A stretch of 64,000 nucleotides of DNA from Pseudomonadota bacterium (GTDB lineage Bacteria; Pseudomonadota; Alphaproteobacteria; Caulobacterales; Parvularculaceae): positions 27,496 through 91,495 of the forward strand of contig JBCBBJ010000013.1 of assembly GCA_038531745.1 (NCBI GenBank), read 5' to 3'. Each line of letters opens with the position of its first letter. Within the stretch, counting starts at the first letter, position 1. Below the pieces are notes generated by a model that was not told where the DNA came from, did no database searches, and saw only the letters and a program-made list of their open reading frames with translations. Below, one piece after another: positions 29,903 to 39,811 of the stretch. The translations under genes were made by a program, and so were the position numbers.

Positions 29903-31481
29903 AGACCCCGTCCTGAACGACCCGATTTCGCCTACCCTATCAAAGACGGCAAATTGGCTGCGTACTCAAAGAGACGCTCGCCGCGCCCGGCAAAGCCGGA
30001 CACAATCAACACTGGGCCCCCACGCCGTGGAACCGGCGCCACGCCTGCACGAAGAATGTGGTGTGTTTGGCATTATCGGGACCAAAGATGCCGCCGCCCT
30101 TGCCGCTTTGGGTATCCACGCCCTGCAACATCGCGGTCAGGAAGCGGCCGGCCTGACGAGCTATGATGGCAAGCGCTTTCATTCAGAAAGGGAACTTGGT
30201 CTGGTGGCGGATCATTTTTCCGATGCGCCGCGTTTGGCCCGTTTGCGCGGTCAATGTGTCATCGGGCACACCCGCTATTCAACGCAAGGCGAAACGGTCT
30301 TGCGCAATGTGCAGCCGCTTTACGCAGACCTGGAAAATGGTGGCATCGCCATCGCCCATAATGGCAACCTGACCAACGCGCGCACCTTGCGGTCGCATCT
30401 GGTGCGACGCGGCTGTATCTTTCAGTCCACGTCGGATTCTGAGTTATTCTTACAACTCACCGCCCGCTCACAACATCTTTCCATTGTTGATAAGCTGATC
30501 GATAGCCTTAAGCAGGTTGAGGGTGCCTATGCGCTTACAGTCCTCACGACGGAAGCGTTGATCGGTGCGCGGGATCCCGTGGGGATCAGGCCCCTGGTGC
30601 TGGGGACCTTAAACGGCGCCCATATTTTTGCGTCTGAAACCTCTGCCCTCGACCTTATCGGCGCGAAGTTTTTGCGAGATGTGCGGCCCGGCGAAATTGT
30701 TATCTGTCACCAGACTGGCGAGGTGGAAAGCCGCAACTTCATGCCCGCCAACAAAAAGGCGCGGCCTTGTATTTTTGAGTTGATCTATTTTGCGCGCCCT
30801 GATTCCGTCATTGATGGCAAAAGCGTTTATCAGGTACGCAAAAAACTTGGCAAAGTGCTCGCGCGCGAAGCGCCGTGCGACGCCGATTTGGTGGCCCCTA
30901 TTCCGGACTCCGGGGTGCCAGCCGCCATCGGCTATGCCCGCCAGGCAGACCTGCCCTATGAAATGGCGTTGATCCGCAGTCACTTTGTGGGTCGCACGTT
31001 CATCGAACCGCAACAAAAAATCCGCGAGGCGGGGGTGGCGCGCAAGCACGCCCCCAACAAAACGATCATTGAAGGCAAGGATGTGGTGCTGATCGATGAT
31101 TCCGTCGTTCGCGGGACGACGTCTCGCAAAATTGTCGCCATGATGCGCAATGCCGGTGCGCGCAAGGTCCATATGCGCGTTGCGTGTCCGCCAATCATCC
31201 ACCCTGATTTTTATGGCATCAACACGCCATCCCACGACGAGTTGCTCGCCCATAATCGCGACGTTGACGAGATGTGTGAGATGATCGGCGCAGACAGCCT
31301 CGCCTTTTTATCCGTGGACGGCCTTTATAAGGCGATGGGTAAGGGCCCGCGCGATGAGGCGGCACCTGCCTTTACTGATCATTGCTTTACCGGGGATTAT
31401 CCGACCCGTCTGATCGACAAACTCGAGGCCAGCAAAGATGCCCGTGACATGCAATTGTCACTGCTGGCTGAGGGACAATAG
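29856..31481 (+). CDS. purF: Amidophosphoribosyltransferase
   Basis: Ntn 'CGVFGIIG' after a propeptide-like leader. PRPP motif 'VVLIDDSVVRGTT'. The start is uncertain (ATG 29856 or GTG 29895); both overlap the end of cvpA. Confidence 0.93.
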   Translation: MAISSAPRQRIRAVTKDPVLNDPISPTLSKTANWLRTQRDARRARQSRTQSTLGPHAVEPAPRLHEECGVFGIIGTKDAAALAALGIHALQHRGQEAAGLTSYDGKRFHSERELGLVADHFSDAPRLARLRGQCVIGHTRYSTQGETVLRNVQPLYADLENGGIAIAHNGNLTNARTLRSHLVRRGCIFQSTSDSELFLQLTARSQHLSIVDKLIDSLKQVEGAYALTVLTTEALIGARDPVGIRPLVLGTLNGAHIFASETSALDLIGAKFLRDVRPGEIVICHQTGEVESRNFMPANKKARPCIFELIYFARPDSVIDGKSVYQVRKKLGKVLAREAPCDADLVAPIPDSGVPAAIGYARQADLPYEMALIRSHFVGRTFIEPQQKIREAGVARKHAPNKTIIEGKDVVLIDDSVVRGTTSRKIVAMMRNAGARKVHMRVACPPIIHPDFYGINTPSHDELLAHNRDVDEMCEMIGADSLAFLSVDGLYKAMGKGPRDEAAPAFTDHCFTGDYPTRLIDKLEASKDARDMQLSLLAEGQ

Positions 31482-31486
31482 ACACC

Positions 31487-32239
31487 ATGGCCGCTTATCC
31501 TGAGGGAAGCGACACATCACCTAAGGGCGGCGATATTGTGGCTATCCTGGTGGCCGCAGGGCGCGGCACCCGTGCGGGTGCCGGCGGGCCAAAACAATAT
31601 CGCGAATTGGCGGGTGAACCCATTCTGGCGCGCACGGCTCTGGTTTTTCTGGGTCACCCAAAAATAAGCCGGGTACGTATTATTATCCACCGCGATGACG
31701 AGGCGGCTTACAGTAAGGCCATGGATCGCCTCCAAAATGACCCCAAGCTGATGGCCCCTGTCGTTGGCGGCGCGGAGCGCCAGGATTCGGTGCGTCTTGG
31801 CCTTGAAAGCCTTGAGGCAACCTCGCCTGCCTATGTGCTGATCCACGATGCGGCGCGCCCATTCGTGGACGTGGCAACCATCGACAGGGTGATCGCGGCG
31901 GTTGGACCTGGGCACGGTGCCATTGCTGCGTTACCGGTTTTTGATACGATCAAACTTGCTCGGACGGCGTTCAACAATGCCCCGCCGCAAATTGACAAAA
32001 CGGTGCCGCGCGATGCGTTGTGGCGGGCGCAAACACCCCAAGGTTTTTCTTATGCTGATATCCTGCGGGCACACAGGTCACATGCCGGGCAAACCCTGAC
32101 AGATGATGCCAGCGTTGCGGAGGCAGCAAATATCCCTGTTGCGTTGGTAGCGGGCTCACCGGACAATATGAAAATAACGCAGGCGGAGGACTTTGGCATG
32201 GCCGAAGTCCTTTTACGCCGCCATGAGAAAGACAATTAG
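31487..32239 (+). CDS. ispD: 2-C-methyl-D-erythritol 4-phosphate cytidylyltransferase (stand-alone)
   Basis: '[12 protein letters not shown]', 'IHDAARPF', 'QTPQGF'. Ends with TAG at 32237-32239. Confidence 0.9.
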   Translation: MAAYPEGSDTSPKGGDIVAILVAAGRGTRAGAGGPKQYRELAGEPILARTALVFLGHPKISRVRIIIHRDDEAAYSKAMDRLQNDPKLMAPVVGGAERQDSVRLGLESLEATSPAYVLIHDAARPFVDVATIDRVIAAVGPGHGAIAALPVFDTIKLARTAFNNAPPQIDKTVPRDALWRAQTPQGFSYADILRAHRSHAGQTLTDDASVAEAANIPVALVAGSPDNMKITQAEDFGMAEVLLRRHEKDN

Positions 32240-32241
32240 CC

Positions 32242-32742
32242 ATGTGGGAGTATCGGACCGGTCACGGCTTTGACGTCCATGCCTTTGAACGCGGCAACGC
32301 CGTAACCCTGTGCGGTGTAGAGATAGCGCATACACATAAACTCAAGGGTCACTCCGATGCCGATGTGGGGATGCATGCGCTCACCGATGCGCTCCTGGGA
32401 GCCCTTTCGGCGGGGGATATTGGCGATCATTTCCCGCCCAGTGACCCGCAATGGAAAGGTGCGCCGTCGGATATCTTTCTGGAAAAAGCGTGCCGCCTTG
32501 TAAAGGACACCGGTGGCAGCGTCACCCACGCCGATGTGACGCTTATCTGCGAAGCCCCGAAGATTGGCCCGCACCGCGACGCCATGCGGTCAAAACTGGC
32601 TGAGATTATGGATATGTCCGCCGGCAGACTATCGGTCAAAGCAACAACAACAGAAATGCTGGGCTTTACTGGGCGCGGTGAAGGGATTGCCGCCATGGCA
32701 ACAGCAACGGTCCGTTTGCCCACAAATGAGAGGGCAGGATAA
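32242..32742 (+). CDS. ispF: 2-C-methyl-D-erythritol 2,4-cyclodiphosphate synthase (stand-alone)
   Basis: '[11 protein letters not shown]', '[19 protein letters not shown]', '[19 protein letters not shown]'. The ATG lies 2 nt after the ispD stop. Confidence 0.9.
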   Translation: MWEYRTGHGFDVHAFERGNAVTLCGVEIAHTHKLKGHSDADVGMHALTDALLGALSAGDIGDHFPPSDPQWKGAPSDIFLEKACRLVKDTGGSVTHADVTLICEAPKIGPHRDAMRSKLAEIMDMSAGRLSVKATTTEMLGFTGRGEGIAAMATATVRLPTNERAG

Positions 32743-32744
32743 CC

Positions 32745-33308
32745 ATGCCGGACACGGAGCAAAACGCCCCCCTTCGCCTGTCCATAAGCGCGGCACCAGA
32801 ATTACGGTTGCGAGTGGCGGCGGACATCATCGCCAGTGCCACCGCACATGCCGTACAGATTACCACCGCCGAATCATGCACCGGCGGCTTAATCATGGGG
32901 GCGCTGACAGATATTCCGGGCTCATCCGCGGTCATCGACCGGGGGTTTATCACCTATTCCAACACGGCCAAGGCTCGACTGCTGAACGTTCCCGCGCAAA
33001 CTCTGCGCGATCATGGTGCAGTGAGCGAGCCAACGGTGCAGGCCATGGCGACCGGTGCCGCGCAGCTTGCCAATGCACAAATTTCCATCGCCGTGAGCGG
33101 GATCGCCGGACCTGGCGGCGGCAGCGCGGAAAAACCGGTGGGCACCGTCTGTTTCGGGTTCGTATTGCCGGACGCCGACGCTAATACACTCATCCGTACC
33201 CAAACTTGCCTTTTTGATGGCGCCGACCGATCAATCATCAGAGCCCAGAGCGTTCACTACGCACTTCAAATTGTGCATGACCATCTTCATTCCATGGCGC
33301 AGGAGTGA
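32745..33308 (+). CDS. CinA-family (PncC-type nicotinamide-nucleotide amidohydrolase domain) protein
   Basis: 'TAESCTGGLI', 'AVSGIAGPGGG'. Confidence 0.85.
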   Translation: MPDTEQNAPLRLSISAAPELRLRVAADIIASATAHAVQITTAESCTGGLIMGALTDIPGSSAVIDRGFITYSNTAKARLLNVPAQTLRDHGAVSEPTVQAMATGAAQLANAQISIAVSGIAGPGGGSAEKPVGTVCFGFVLPDADANTLIRTQTCLFDGADRSIIRAQSVHYALQIVHDHLHSMAQE

Positions 33309-33327
33309 AGCGTAGCGCCGATAACCC

Positions 33328-34035
33328 TTATCGGCCCCCATACCCCCCGCGCGGGGTCAGCATGGGGCGCAAAAACGCATAAATTGGTAAGCTTGCCATG
33401 GCGATCAGGAGGCGGACCATCAAGTCCCCCACCAGCCAAGCGCCCCAGGGTAGTGCCGTGTTGCCAAAAGCCACCGGGAAGTAAATCACGGCGGTGACAC
33501 CATAACCTACCATCAGCGCATAGAACGGCGCACGCCACCATGGGCCGCCGCCGCGCGCCACGTCATAGAAGGCAATGGTAACCAATTGCCCGGTCATGGC
33601 GCTCGCCACAAAGGCAGTTACAAATCGGGTGCTGGGAAAATCACCAGCTTCGATCACATCAGCGAGGACGGACAACTCGAACAAGATCAACAACGCCATC
33701 GTAAACCAGGAGGCCATCACCGCCCGTGACGTTAGGACACCGCCAAACCGGCGGGTCACCAACACCAAAAATATTGATACTGACGCCATCATCACATGGC
33801 CAAGGGTGAGCCAGACGCTTGGCACCAAACCCCGCATAAAGGTGAAGACCGGATTGAAAAACCGAACCGGCAAATCAAGCGTCAAAAAACTGGCGCACAG
33901 GAGCGATACGAGAATGAGGGCAATGACAAAAACCCGGAGCGCATCAATCGCAAATGCCCGCATTTGCGCCTGCAGCTTTTCCGCAGGGGTCACGCGGTTA
34001 CGCATTTCACGGTTTTCAAGCGGCGGTAGGGTCAT
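33328..34035 (-). CDS. VUT/YhhQ-family (queuosine-precursor transporter-like) membrane protein
   Basis: 6-7 TM helices. 'TGQLVTIAFYDVARGGGPWWRAPFYALMVG' resembles the Q-x-x-D...WW-R signature of DUF165/VUT. gagggg SD. Confidence 0.6.
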   Translation of the reverse strand: MTLPPLENREMRNRVTPAEKLQAQMRAFAIDALRVFVIALILVSLLCASFLTLDLPVRFFNPVFTFMRGLVPSVWLTLGHVMMASVSIFLVLVTRRFGGVLTSRAVMASWFTMALLILFELSVLADVIEAGDFPSTRFVTAFVASAMTGQLVTIAFYDVARGGGPWWRAPFYALMVGYGVTAVIYFPVAFGNTALPWGAWLVGDLMVRLLIAMASLPIYAFLRPMLTPRGGYGGR

Positions 34036-34143
34036 CGCCCCTCTATGCCCCTAGCCGGTTACATTGTGAATAATAAGCCCGTGTAAAAGTACAGGCCCCT
34101 GTGACCCGCCAAGGGCAGATCACACACATCTTAACCTTAGAGG

Positions 34144-34170
34144 AAAAACCCGCCCAGGTGACGGGCGGGC
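34144..34170 (-). terminator. Rho-independent terminator downstream of rpmB
   Basis: Minus-strand GCCCGCCC-GTCACCT-GGGCGGG followed by TTTTT. Stems at 34149-34155 and 34163-34169. Confidence 0.8.
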
Positions 34171-34449
34171 CTAGGACGCTTTTGCAAGGGCGCGTTTAAT
34201 CTTCAACGCCGAGGGCGAAAGTTGCTCCTCAGAAGCTTTGGCAAGATAAAAATCAAGCCCGCCCATATGATCGACGCTCCGCAAGGTCGACGCAGAAATC
34301 CGCAATTTGAAGCCACGGGCCAATTTGTCACTGTGTAGCGTCACATTGCACAAATTGGGCAGGAAACGCCGCCGGGTCCGGTTATTGGCGTGGGAAACAT
34401 TGTTACCAGTTGCCGGACCGATACCGGAAAGTTCACAACGACGGGCCAT
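34171..34449 (-). CDS. rpmB: 50S ribosomal protein L28
   Basis: '[33 protein letters not shown]' from ATG at 34449. The listed 129-aa ORF is N-terminally over-extended. Confidence 0.93.
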   Translation of the reverse strand: MARRCELSGIGPATGNNVSHANNRTRRRFLPNLCNVTLHSDKLARGFKLRISASTLRSVDHMGGLDFYLAKASEEQLSPSALKIKRALAKAS

Positions 34450-34687
34450 GGTGCTGTCCTGTTTCTGGCGACCTGCCCGGTGGATCGGCAACACCGACCC
34501 AAACCCGTAATACAGGTGTGCGATCATTAAGAGCGCGGGGTGTATCGCCCAAGCCAGCAACCGTCAAGGACTGATCCCGCGAAACCCGCCCTTCAGCGGA
34601 GCAAAATGCCAGGCTTTTTTGGATCGGAACGACAACGCGGAATTATACCGTGGTGACGCGTTGGTGCATTGCTTCAAATGCCCCTAT

Positions 34688-37600
34688 ATGGACAGCGTCA
34701 TGAGCAGCACAACCGCCTCTTTCACCGACAATCCATTTGCTAGCGCGGGCCCTGATACAGGCGGCGTCCATGGGCGGGCCATGGGCACCGAAAAACCGGT
34801 GACGGCTGTGCTCGGGCCAACCAATACCGGCAAAACGCACTACGCTATTGAACGGATGCTCGCCTATAAATCAGGCATGATCGGCTTTCCCCTGCGCCTG
34901 TTGGCACGGGAGGTTTATGACAAGCTCGTAGCTCGCCGGTCAGCGCAGGAAATTGCCCTCGTCACGGGCGAAGAGAAAATCATTCCGCGCAGTCCGCGCT
35001 ACTGGGTGTGCACCGTGGAGGCGATGCCGCTCAGCGAACGCACTGAATTCCTGGCGATCGATGAGATACAACTTGCCGCCCATCAGGAGCGTGGCCGCAC
35101 CTTTACCTCGCGCCTTCTTTACGCCCGCGGTGCGGCGGAGACCCTCTTTCTGGGCTCAGACACCATGGCACCGATTTTGCGCCGCTTGTTTCCGCATATT
35201 AATTTTATCGGGCGCGAGCGGTTTTCAACGCTGAGTTTTGCCGGAACCAAGAAAGTCACCCGCCTTCCTCGGCGCAGTGCCATTGTGGGCTTTTCAGCGG
35301 ACACAGTTTACGCCATCGCCGAATTGGTTCGTCGTCAACGCGGCGGCGCGGCGGTTGTTTTGGGAGCCTTGTCGCCGCGCACCCGTAACGCCCAAGCCGA
35401 ACTCTATCAAAATGGCGAGGTTGATTATCTTATCGCCACCGATGCCATCGGTATGGGGCTCAACATGGATATTGACCATGTGGCCTTTGCGGCGCGCCGA
35501 AAATTTGACGGGCGGCAAATGCGCGATCTGACTGCATCAGAAGCGGCGCAAATTGCCGGGCGTGCCGGGCGCCATATGCGCGATGGCACCTTCGGCATCA
35601 CGGCCGATTGCCGTGATTTTGACGAGCCGATGGTTGAGGCGATTGAAGAGCACCGGTTTGATGCTGTCTCCGCCCTGTTCTGGCGGGCTGAAGCCCTCGA
35701 TTTTTCCTCAATCCCGGCCTTGCAACATTCCCTCGATAGCCCCGCCCCCCGTGATGAACTCCTGCGCGCGCGGCCCGATGATGATGAACGGGTTTTCACC
35801 CAACTGATCAAGCAAGACACAATCCGCCACTACGCCACCGGCGGGGCTGCGCTCGCCCAATTATGGGATGTCTGTCAGCTGCCGGATTTTCGCAAGGTCA
35901 CCCTTGATCAGCACACCCGGCTAGTGGGCGATATCTATGAAGAGCTCATGGCCCATGAGCGGATCAGCGAGGAATGGCTTGCCCCGCGGGTTGCGCCCCT
36001 CGACCGGACGGATGGCGATATTGATGCTTTGTCGTCGCGCATCGCCCATATCCGCAGTTGGACGTACCTCGCCAATCGCGGCGCCTGGCTCGAAAATGCA
36101 AGCTATTGGCAGGATCAGACCCGCGCGATAGAAGACCGGTTGTCAGATGCCTTGCATGAGCGGCTGACCCAACGGTTTGTGGATCGCCGGACCGCCGTTT
36201 TACTAAAGAAACTCAAAGATGATGAACCGCTCTTGGCGGGGATCAGCGAAGACGGAGAAGTCATTGTGGAAGGCCAGTTTGTGGGTCGGCTTTTAGGGTT
36301 TGAATTTATCCTGGATCCCCGCGCGCGCGGCGCCGCGGCCAAACCCATTCGCGCCGCCGCAGAAAAGGCGCTGCGCCCGGAACTGGCTGCCCGCGGGTCC
36401 GCCCTTGCGAACGCCGACGCCGATGCGCTGGACCTGATGCCAGCGGGCACTATCACCTGGCGCGGCAGCATTGTGGCACACCTGGAAAAAGGGCCCGGGC
36501 CTTTTCGGCCAAAGCTCGTTATGCGGAATGTTGACGCGCTAACGCCCGTCTTGCGGGGCCGCATCGAAGATCGGTTAACGGACTATCTTGCCAACCGGAT
36601 GGAAGCATTACTGGCGCCTCTGCTCGCCATGCAACGGGCCTGTGACCAGACCCCTGAACAGGCTGGTGAGGATGGGTTAAAGCCGGAAACACGCGGAATT
36701 GCGTGGCGTCTTGTGGAAAATTTTGGCGCCACCTCTCGCGGGCAGTTTGGCGATGAGTTAAAATCCCTCGACCAAAAAGAGCGGGCAAAGCTGCGCGCGC
36801 TTGGCTTGCGGTTTGGGGAGTATACACTGTTCCTGCCGGCGCTGTTGAAACCTGCGCCCGCAGGCCTGCTCACGCTCCTTTGGGCGCTGTGGCACGACAA
36901 AGACGTAACCAAATTCAACCCGCCAAAGGCAGGGCTTGTCTCAACACCGGTGGATGAAACCATTCCCCATGCGTATTATTATGCGTCAGGGTATAGGCCC
37001 TCTGGTGCGCGGGCGGTGCGGATCGATATGCTGGAACGTCTTGCCGGCGAAATCCGGACGGCACGCGAGAAAAGCGACCGGCGCGAAGGCTTTGAGGCAA
37101 CACCGCAAATGATGTCGCTGGTGGGATGCTCCGGCGAGGACTTTGAGGCGATCTTGATGTCGCTCAATTTCCGAAAGAATACCGTGACCCGTCCGGCTCC
37201 GCAAAGTGCGCCGACACCTGCTGTACCAGAAACACAAGCGACACCAGACGCGACAGAACCATCCACTGTTCCCCATACAAATCAACAGGACGAAGATGCG
37301 ACGCCAATAGCGGAAGCGGAAGCGGAGGCAAAGACGGACGCGCATGACCCTGCCGCGCAAGCCTCCCCGGCGCCGGCACCAGACATAGATCCCGTGATGT
37401 CAAAAATCCCGGATGTGATGCCAAAAGGTGATCCGCCAGGGGCAAATCTCGTGAACCCTGCGCCGCAGACCACAATGAATGAGGCTGAGGAAAAAAGTGA
37501 CCAGGCGGCTGAGGGGGGTGATGCGAGCGACACCATCAGTGTGACGTTGTGGCGGTATCAACCCAAACGGGCCCCGCAAAACCGCAAACCAAAACGCGGC

Positions 37601-37942
37601 GACGCCAACACCAGAAACGATACGAAGCGCAGTCGCACGGGCGCCGATGGCAAACCGGGTGGTCGTCAAAAGGCGCATGCTGATGGCCGCAACCGGCGCA
37701 AACACTCAGGCAACCCGCAAAACCGAAATGGCGGGCCAGACAAACAGCGAGCCGGTGGAAAGAACCAGAACCCGCATATGCATAAGCCGCGTCATTTGAA
37801 AACTGCGGACCCTGATTCGCCCTTTGCGGTTCTTGCCGCATTGAAAGGCAGCGAGGAGCAGGCGAACCCCGCAGCACAATCTGGCAAGGCTACGCCCGCG
37901 AAACCGAAAACCAAGGCCGCGCCCGAACCAGCAAAGTCCTGA
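34688..37942 (+). CDS. Suv3-like superfamily-2 ATP-dependent helicase with a ~250-aa low-complexity C-terminal tail
   Basis: Walker A 'GPTNTGKTHYA', 'AIDEIQL', 'ATDAIGMGLN', 'QIAGRAGR'. ATG at 34688 or 34700; the listed ORF starts at TTG 34619. Confidence 0.85.
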   Translation: MDSVMSSTTASFTDNPFASAGPDTGGVHGRAMGTEKPVTAVLGPTNTGKTHYAIERMLAYKSGMIGFPLRLLAREVYDKLVARRSAQEIALVTGEEKIIPRSPRYWVCTVEAMPLSERTEFLAIDEIQLAAHQERGRTFTSRLLYARGAAETLFLGSDTMAPILRRLFPHINFIGRERFSTLSFAGTKKVTRLPRRSAIVGFSADTVYAIAELVRRQRGGAAVVLGALSPRTRNAQAELYQNGEVDYLIATDAIGMGLNMDIDHVAFAARRKFDGRQMRDLTASEAAQIAGRAGRHMRDGTFGITADCRDFDEPMVEAIEEHRFDAVSALFWRAEALDFSSIPALQHSLDSPAPRDELLRARPDDDERVFTQLIKQDTIRHYATGGAALAQLWDVCQLPDFRKVTLDQHTRLVGDIYEELMAHERISEEWLAPRVAPLDRTDGDIDALSSRIAHIRSWTYLANRGAWLENASYWQDQTRAIEDRLSDALHERLTQRFVDRRTAVLLKKLKDDEPLLAGISEDGEVIVEGQFVGRLLGFEFILDPRARGAAAKPIRAAAEKALRPELAARGSALANADADALDLMPAGTITWRGSIVAHLEKGPGPFRPKLVMRNVDALTPVLRGRIEDRLTDYLANRMEALLAPLLAMQRACDQTPEQAGEDGLKPETRGIAWRLVENFGATSRGQFGDELKSLDQKERAKLRALGLRFGEYTLFLPALLKPAPAGLLTLLWALWHDKDVTKFNPPKAGLVSTPVDETIPHAYYYASGYRPSGARAVRIDMLERLAGEIRTAREKSDRREGFEATPQMMSLVGCSGEDFEAILMSLNFRKNTVTRPAPQSAPTPAVPETQATPDATEPSTVPHTNQQDEDATPIAEAEAEAKTDAHDPAAQASPAPAPDIDPVMSKIPDVMPKGDPPGANLVNPAPQTTMNEAEEKSDQAAEGGDASDTISVTLWRYQPKRAPQNRKPKRGDANTRNDTKRSRTGADGKPGGRQKAHADGRNRRKHSGNPQNRNGGPDKQRAGGKNQNPHMHKPRHLKTADPDSPFAVLAALKGSEEQANPAAQSGKATPAKPKTKAAPEPAKS

Positions 37943-37977
37943 TCAGCACGTTCCAATCCACCCATGGTGACCGCCAA

Positions 37978-38442
37978 TTGACCTCTCCCGATCCAGCGCA
38001 AAGCGATGACGAAACCAGGACCACAACCCCGACGCCACAACCGGTTGCGCCAACAGAAGGGGCAAGTCAGCGCATTGATAAATGGTTGTGGTACGCACGA
38101 TTTTTCAAAACCCGGTCCAAGGCTTCAACCTTCGTCAATGGGGGAAACGTTCGGGTTTCGCGCGGGGATAACGCCAACCGCATTGAAAAGGCAGCAACCC
38201 CCGTTCAGGCAGGTGACGTCTTGTCTTTCATGATTGGCCAACGGGTACGGATCATCGAAATTGCCGCCTGCGGCACCCGCCGCGGCCCGGCACCAGAGGC
38301 CCAGACCTTATATCATGATCGCTCCCCCCCGCCGCCACCGCGCGCGCCCAAGCAACCTCCAGCCGGCGAGCGCGATGCAGGCCAAGGGCGTCCCACAAAA
38401 AAAGAACGCCGCGCCATGGATGCGTTTCGCCGAAACCCATGA
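37978..38442 (+). CDS. S4-domain RNA-binding protein (Hsp15/HslR-like)
   Basis: 'QRIDKWLWYARFFKTRSKASTFVNGGNVRV'. Only a TTG start (37978) is available upstream of the domain, so the start is uncertain. Confidence 0.75.
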   Translation: MTSPDPAQSDDETRTTTPTPQPVAPTEGASQRIDKWLWYARFFKTRSKASTFVNGGNVRVSRGDNANRIEKAATPVQAGDVLSFMIGQRVRIIEIAACGTRRGPAPEAQTLYHDRSPPPPPRAPKQPPAGERDAGQGRPTKKERRAMDAFRRNP

Positions 38443-38504
38443 TCGTTTGCCTTGTGTCACCAAGTTCTCCTCGTTCACCCCTTCTCATTATCTGAAAGCG
38501 CCAA

Positions 38505-38945
38505 ATGGAATTTCTTAAAACTCTTTTTTCGACCAAAACCGCCGATGCCACCTCGCCAACCGAGCAGGAGAATCTACAAACGGCGTTTGCTGCGTTACTT
38601 GTGGAGGCAGCGCGCGCCGATGAACATTATGATGAAAAAGAGCGCGCACTGATCACCACGCTGATCAGCCGGCAATTTGATCTTTCCCCCGATGCGGCAA
38701 CCGCGGTGCGCACCCGGGGCGAGAACGCGCAAGCCGCTGCCATCGATTTGCACCAGTTTACCCGCACGGTGAAACAGCTCGATGCAGAGGAAAAACGCCG
38801 CTTTATGGAAGGGCTATGGCGCATTGTGCTGAGTGACGGCGTGCGCGACCCATGGGAAGATGCGCTCGTGCGCCGGGTGGCAAACCTGATCCATGTGACC
38901 GATGTGGAAAGCGCCCGCGCCCGCCAGACGGTGAGCGGCAACTAG
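38505..38945 (+). CDS. TerB-family (tellurite-resistance TerB / DjlA-N-like) protein
   Basis: 'AALLVEAARADEHYDEKERALI' and a second 'LWRIVLSDGVRDPWEDALVRRVANLI' half, typical of the TerB fold. Confidence 0.7.
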   Translation: MEFLKTLFSTKTADATSPTEQENLQTAFAALLVEAARADEHYDEKERALITTLISRQFDLSPDAATAVRTRGENAQAAAIDLHQFTRTVKQLDAEEKRRFMEGLWRIVLSDGVRDPWEDALVRRVANLIHVTDVESARARQTVSGN

Positions 38946-39086
38946 GCCAAGCTTACGCGCCATGACGCAGGACGCTGCCCTTGTCTTGAGGCCGGAAAAC
39001 GCTATGTAACGAGCGGTTCGGGGAACTATATCACCAAGCGCTATCCCAACCAGTCAGCCGAGACCCCGGCAGGAGACAAACGACCC

Positions 39087-39422
39087 ATGACTTATGTTGT
39101 CACCGATGCCTGCATCATGTGCAAATACACCGACTGTGTGGAGGTGTGCCCCGTCGATTGTTTCTACGAAGGGGAAAATATGCTCGTCATCCATCCCGAT
39201 GAATGTATCGATTGCGGCGTGTGTGAACCAGAGTGTCCCGCCGAGGCGATTCTGCCCGATACCGAAGACCCGGACGGCAAGTGGCTTGAGCTAAATACAA
39301 AATTTGCGCAGACTTGGCCTAATCTCACCGTAAAAATCGACGCCATGCCCGATGCTGACGCCAAGGTGAAAGATACAGGCAAATTAGCATTATTGAGCGA
39401 AAAACCAGGAACCGGCGCTTAG
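39087..39422 (+). CDS. fdxA: 7Fe ferredoxin
   Basis: '[29 protein letters not shown]' and '[12 protein letters not shown]'. aggaga SD. Confidence 0.93.
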   Translation: MTYVVTDACIMCKYTDCVEVCPVDCFYEGENMLVIHPDECIDCGVCEPECPAEAILPDTEDPDGKWLELNTKFAQTWPNLTVKIDAMPDADAKVKDTGKLALLSEKPGTGA

Positions 39423-39811
39423 TTTAGCGCGCCAAGTTGGGGGCAGAGGAGCAGTTTCGGCTCCGCCTCGGGTTGGATATAACCCAAACACTGGCCGCTA
39501 ACGTCTTGTTTTATCTGGTTCTATCCGCCAGTCATACGGGTTGATCGTTCCGTTCTATCCAAAATTGTGTTATCCTCTTCGCTCATGCAACAAGAGTAAT
39601 GGTGAGCGCACCAAATAATGCGGCAGGCAAACGGTATTTAGGCACGCCGACCCTGCCGATAGCCCTGTCTACCCAGCCTCAACCAGGCCGCAAACCCAAA
39701 CCAATCGGCGACGGCAAAACCCGGCAGCGCCGCCAGCCAGCTGCGGCGCCCGGCAAGGTTCGCACACTGGCAAGAGCAAGGCGCGGATAGAAAAGCGTTA
39801 AGGAGCAGCCC

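Noticed and set aside
32564-33184. 206-aa plus-strand ORF spanning the ispF-cinA junction
   Set aside because: It is out of frame with two well-supported genes, and its His/Arg/Gly-rich composition has no motifs.
39599-39790. 63-aa strongly basic ORF in the fdxA-carD spacer
   Set aside because: There is no properly spaced SD (aagag abuts the ATG). Its low-complexity Pro/Arg/Gly composition suggests a chance ORF in GC-rich leader DNA.
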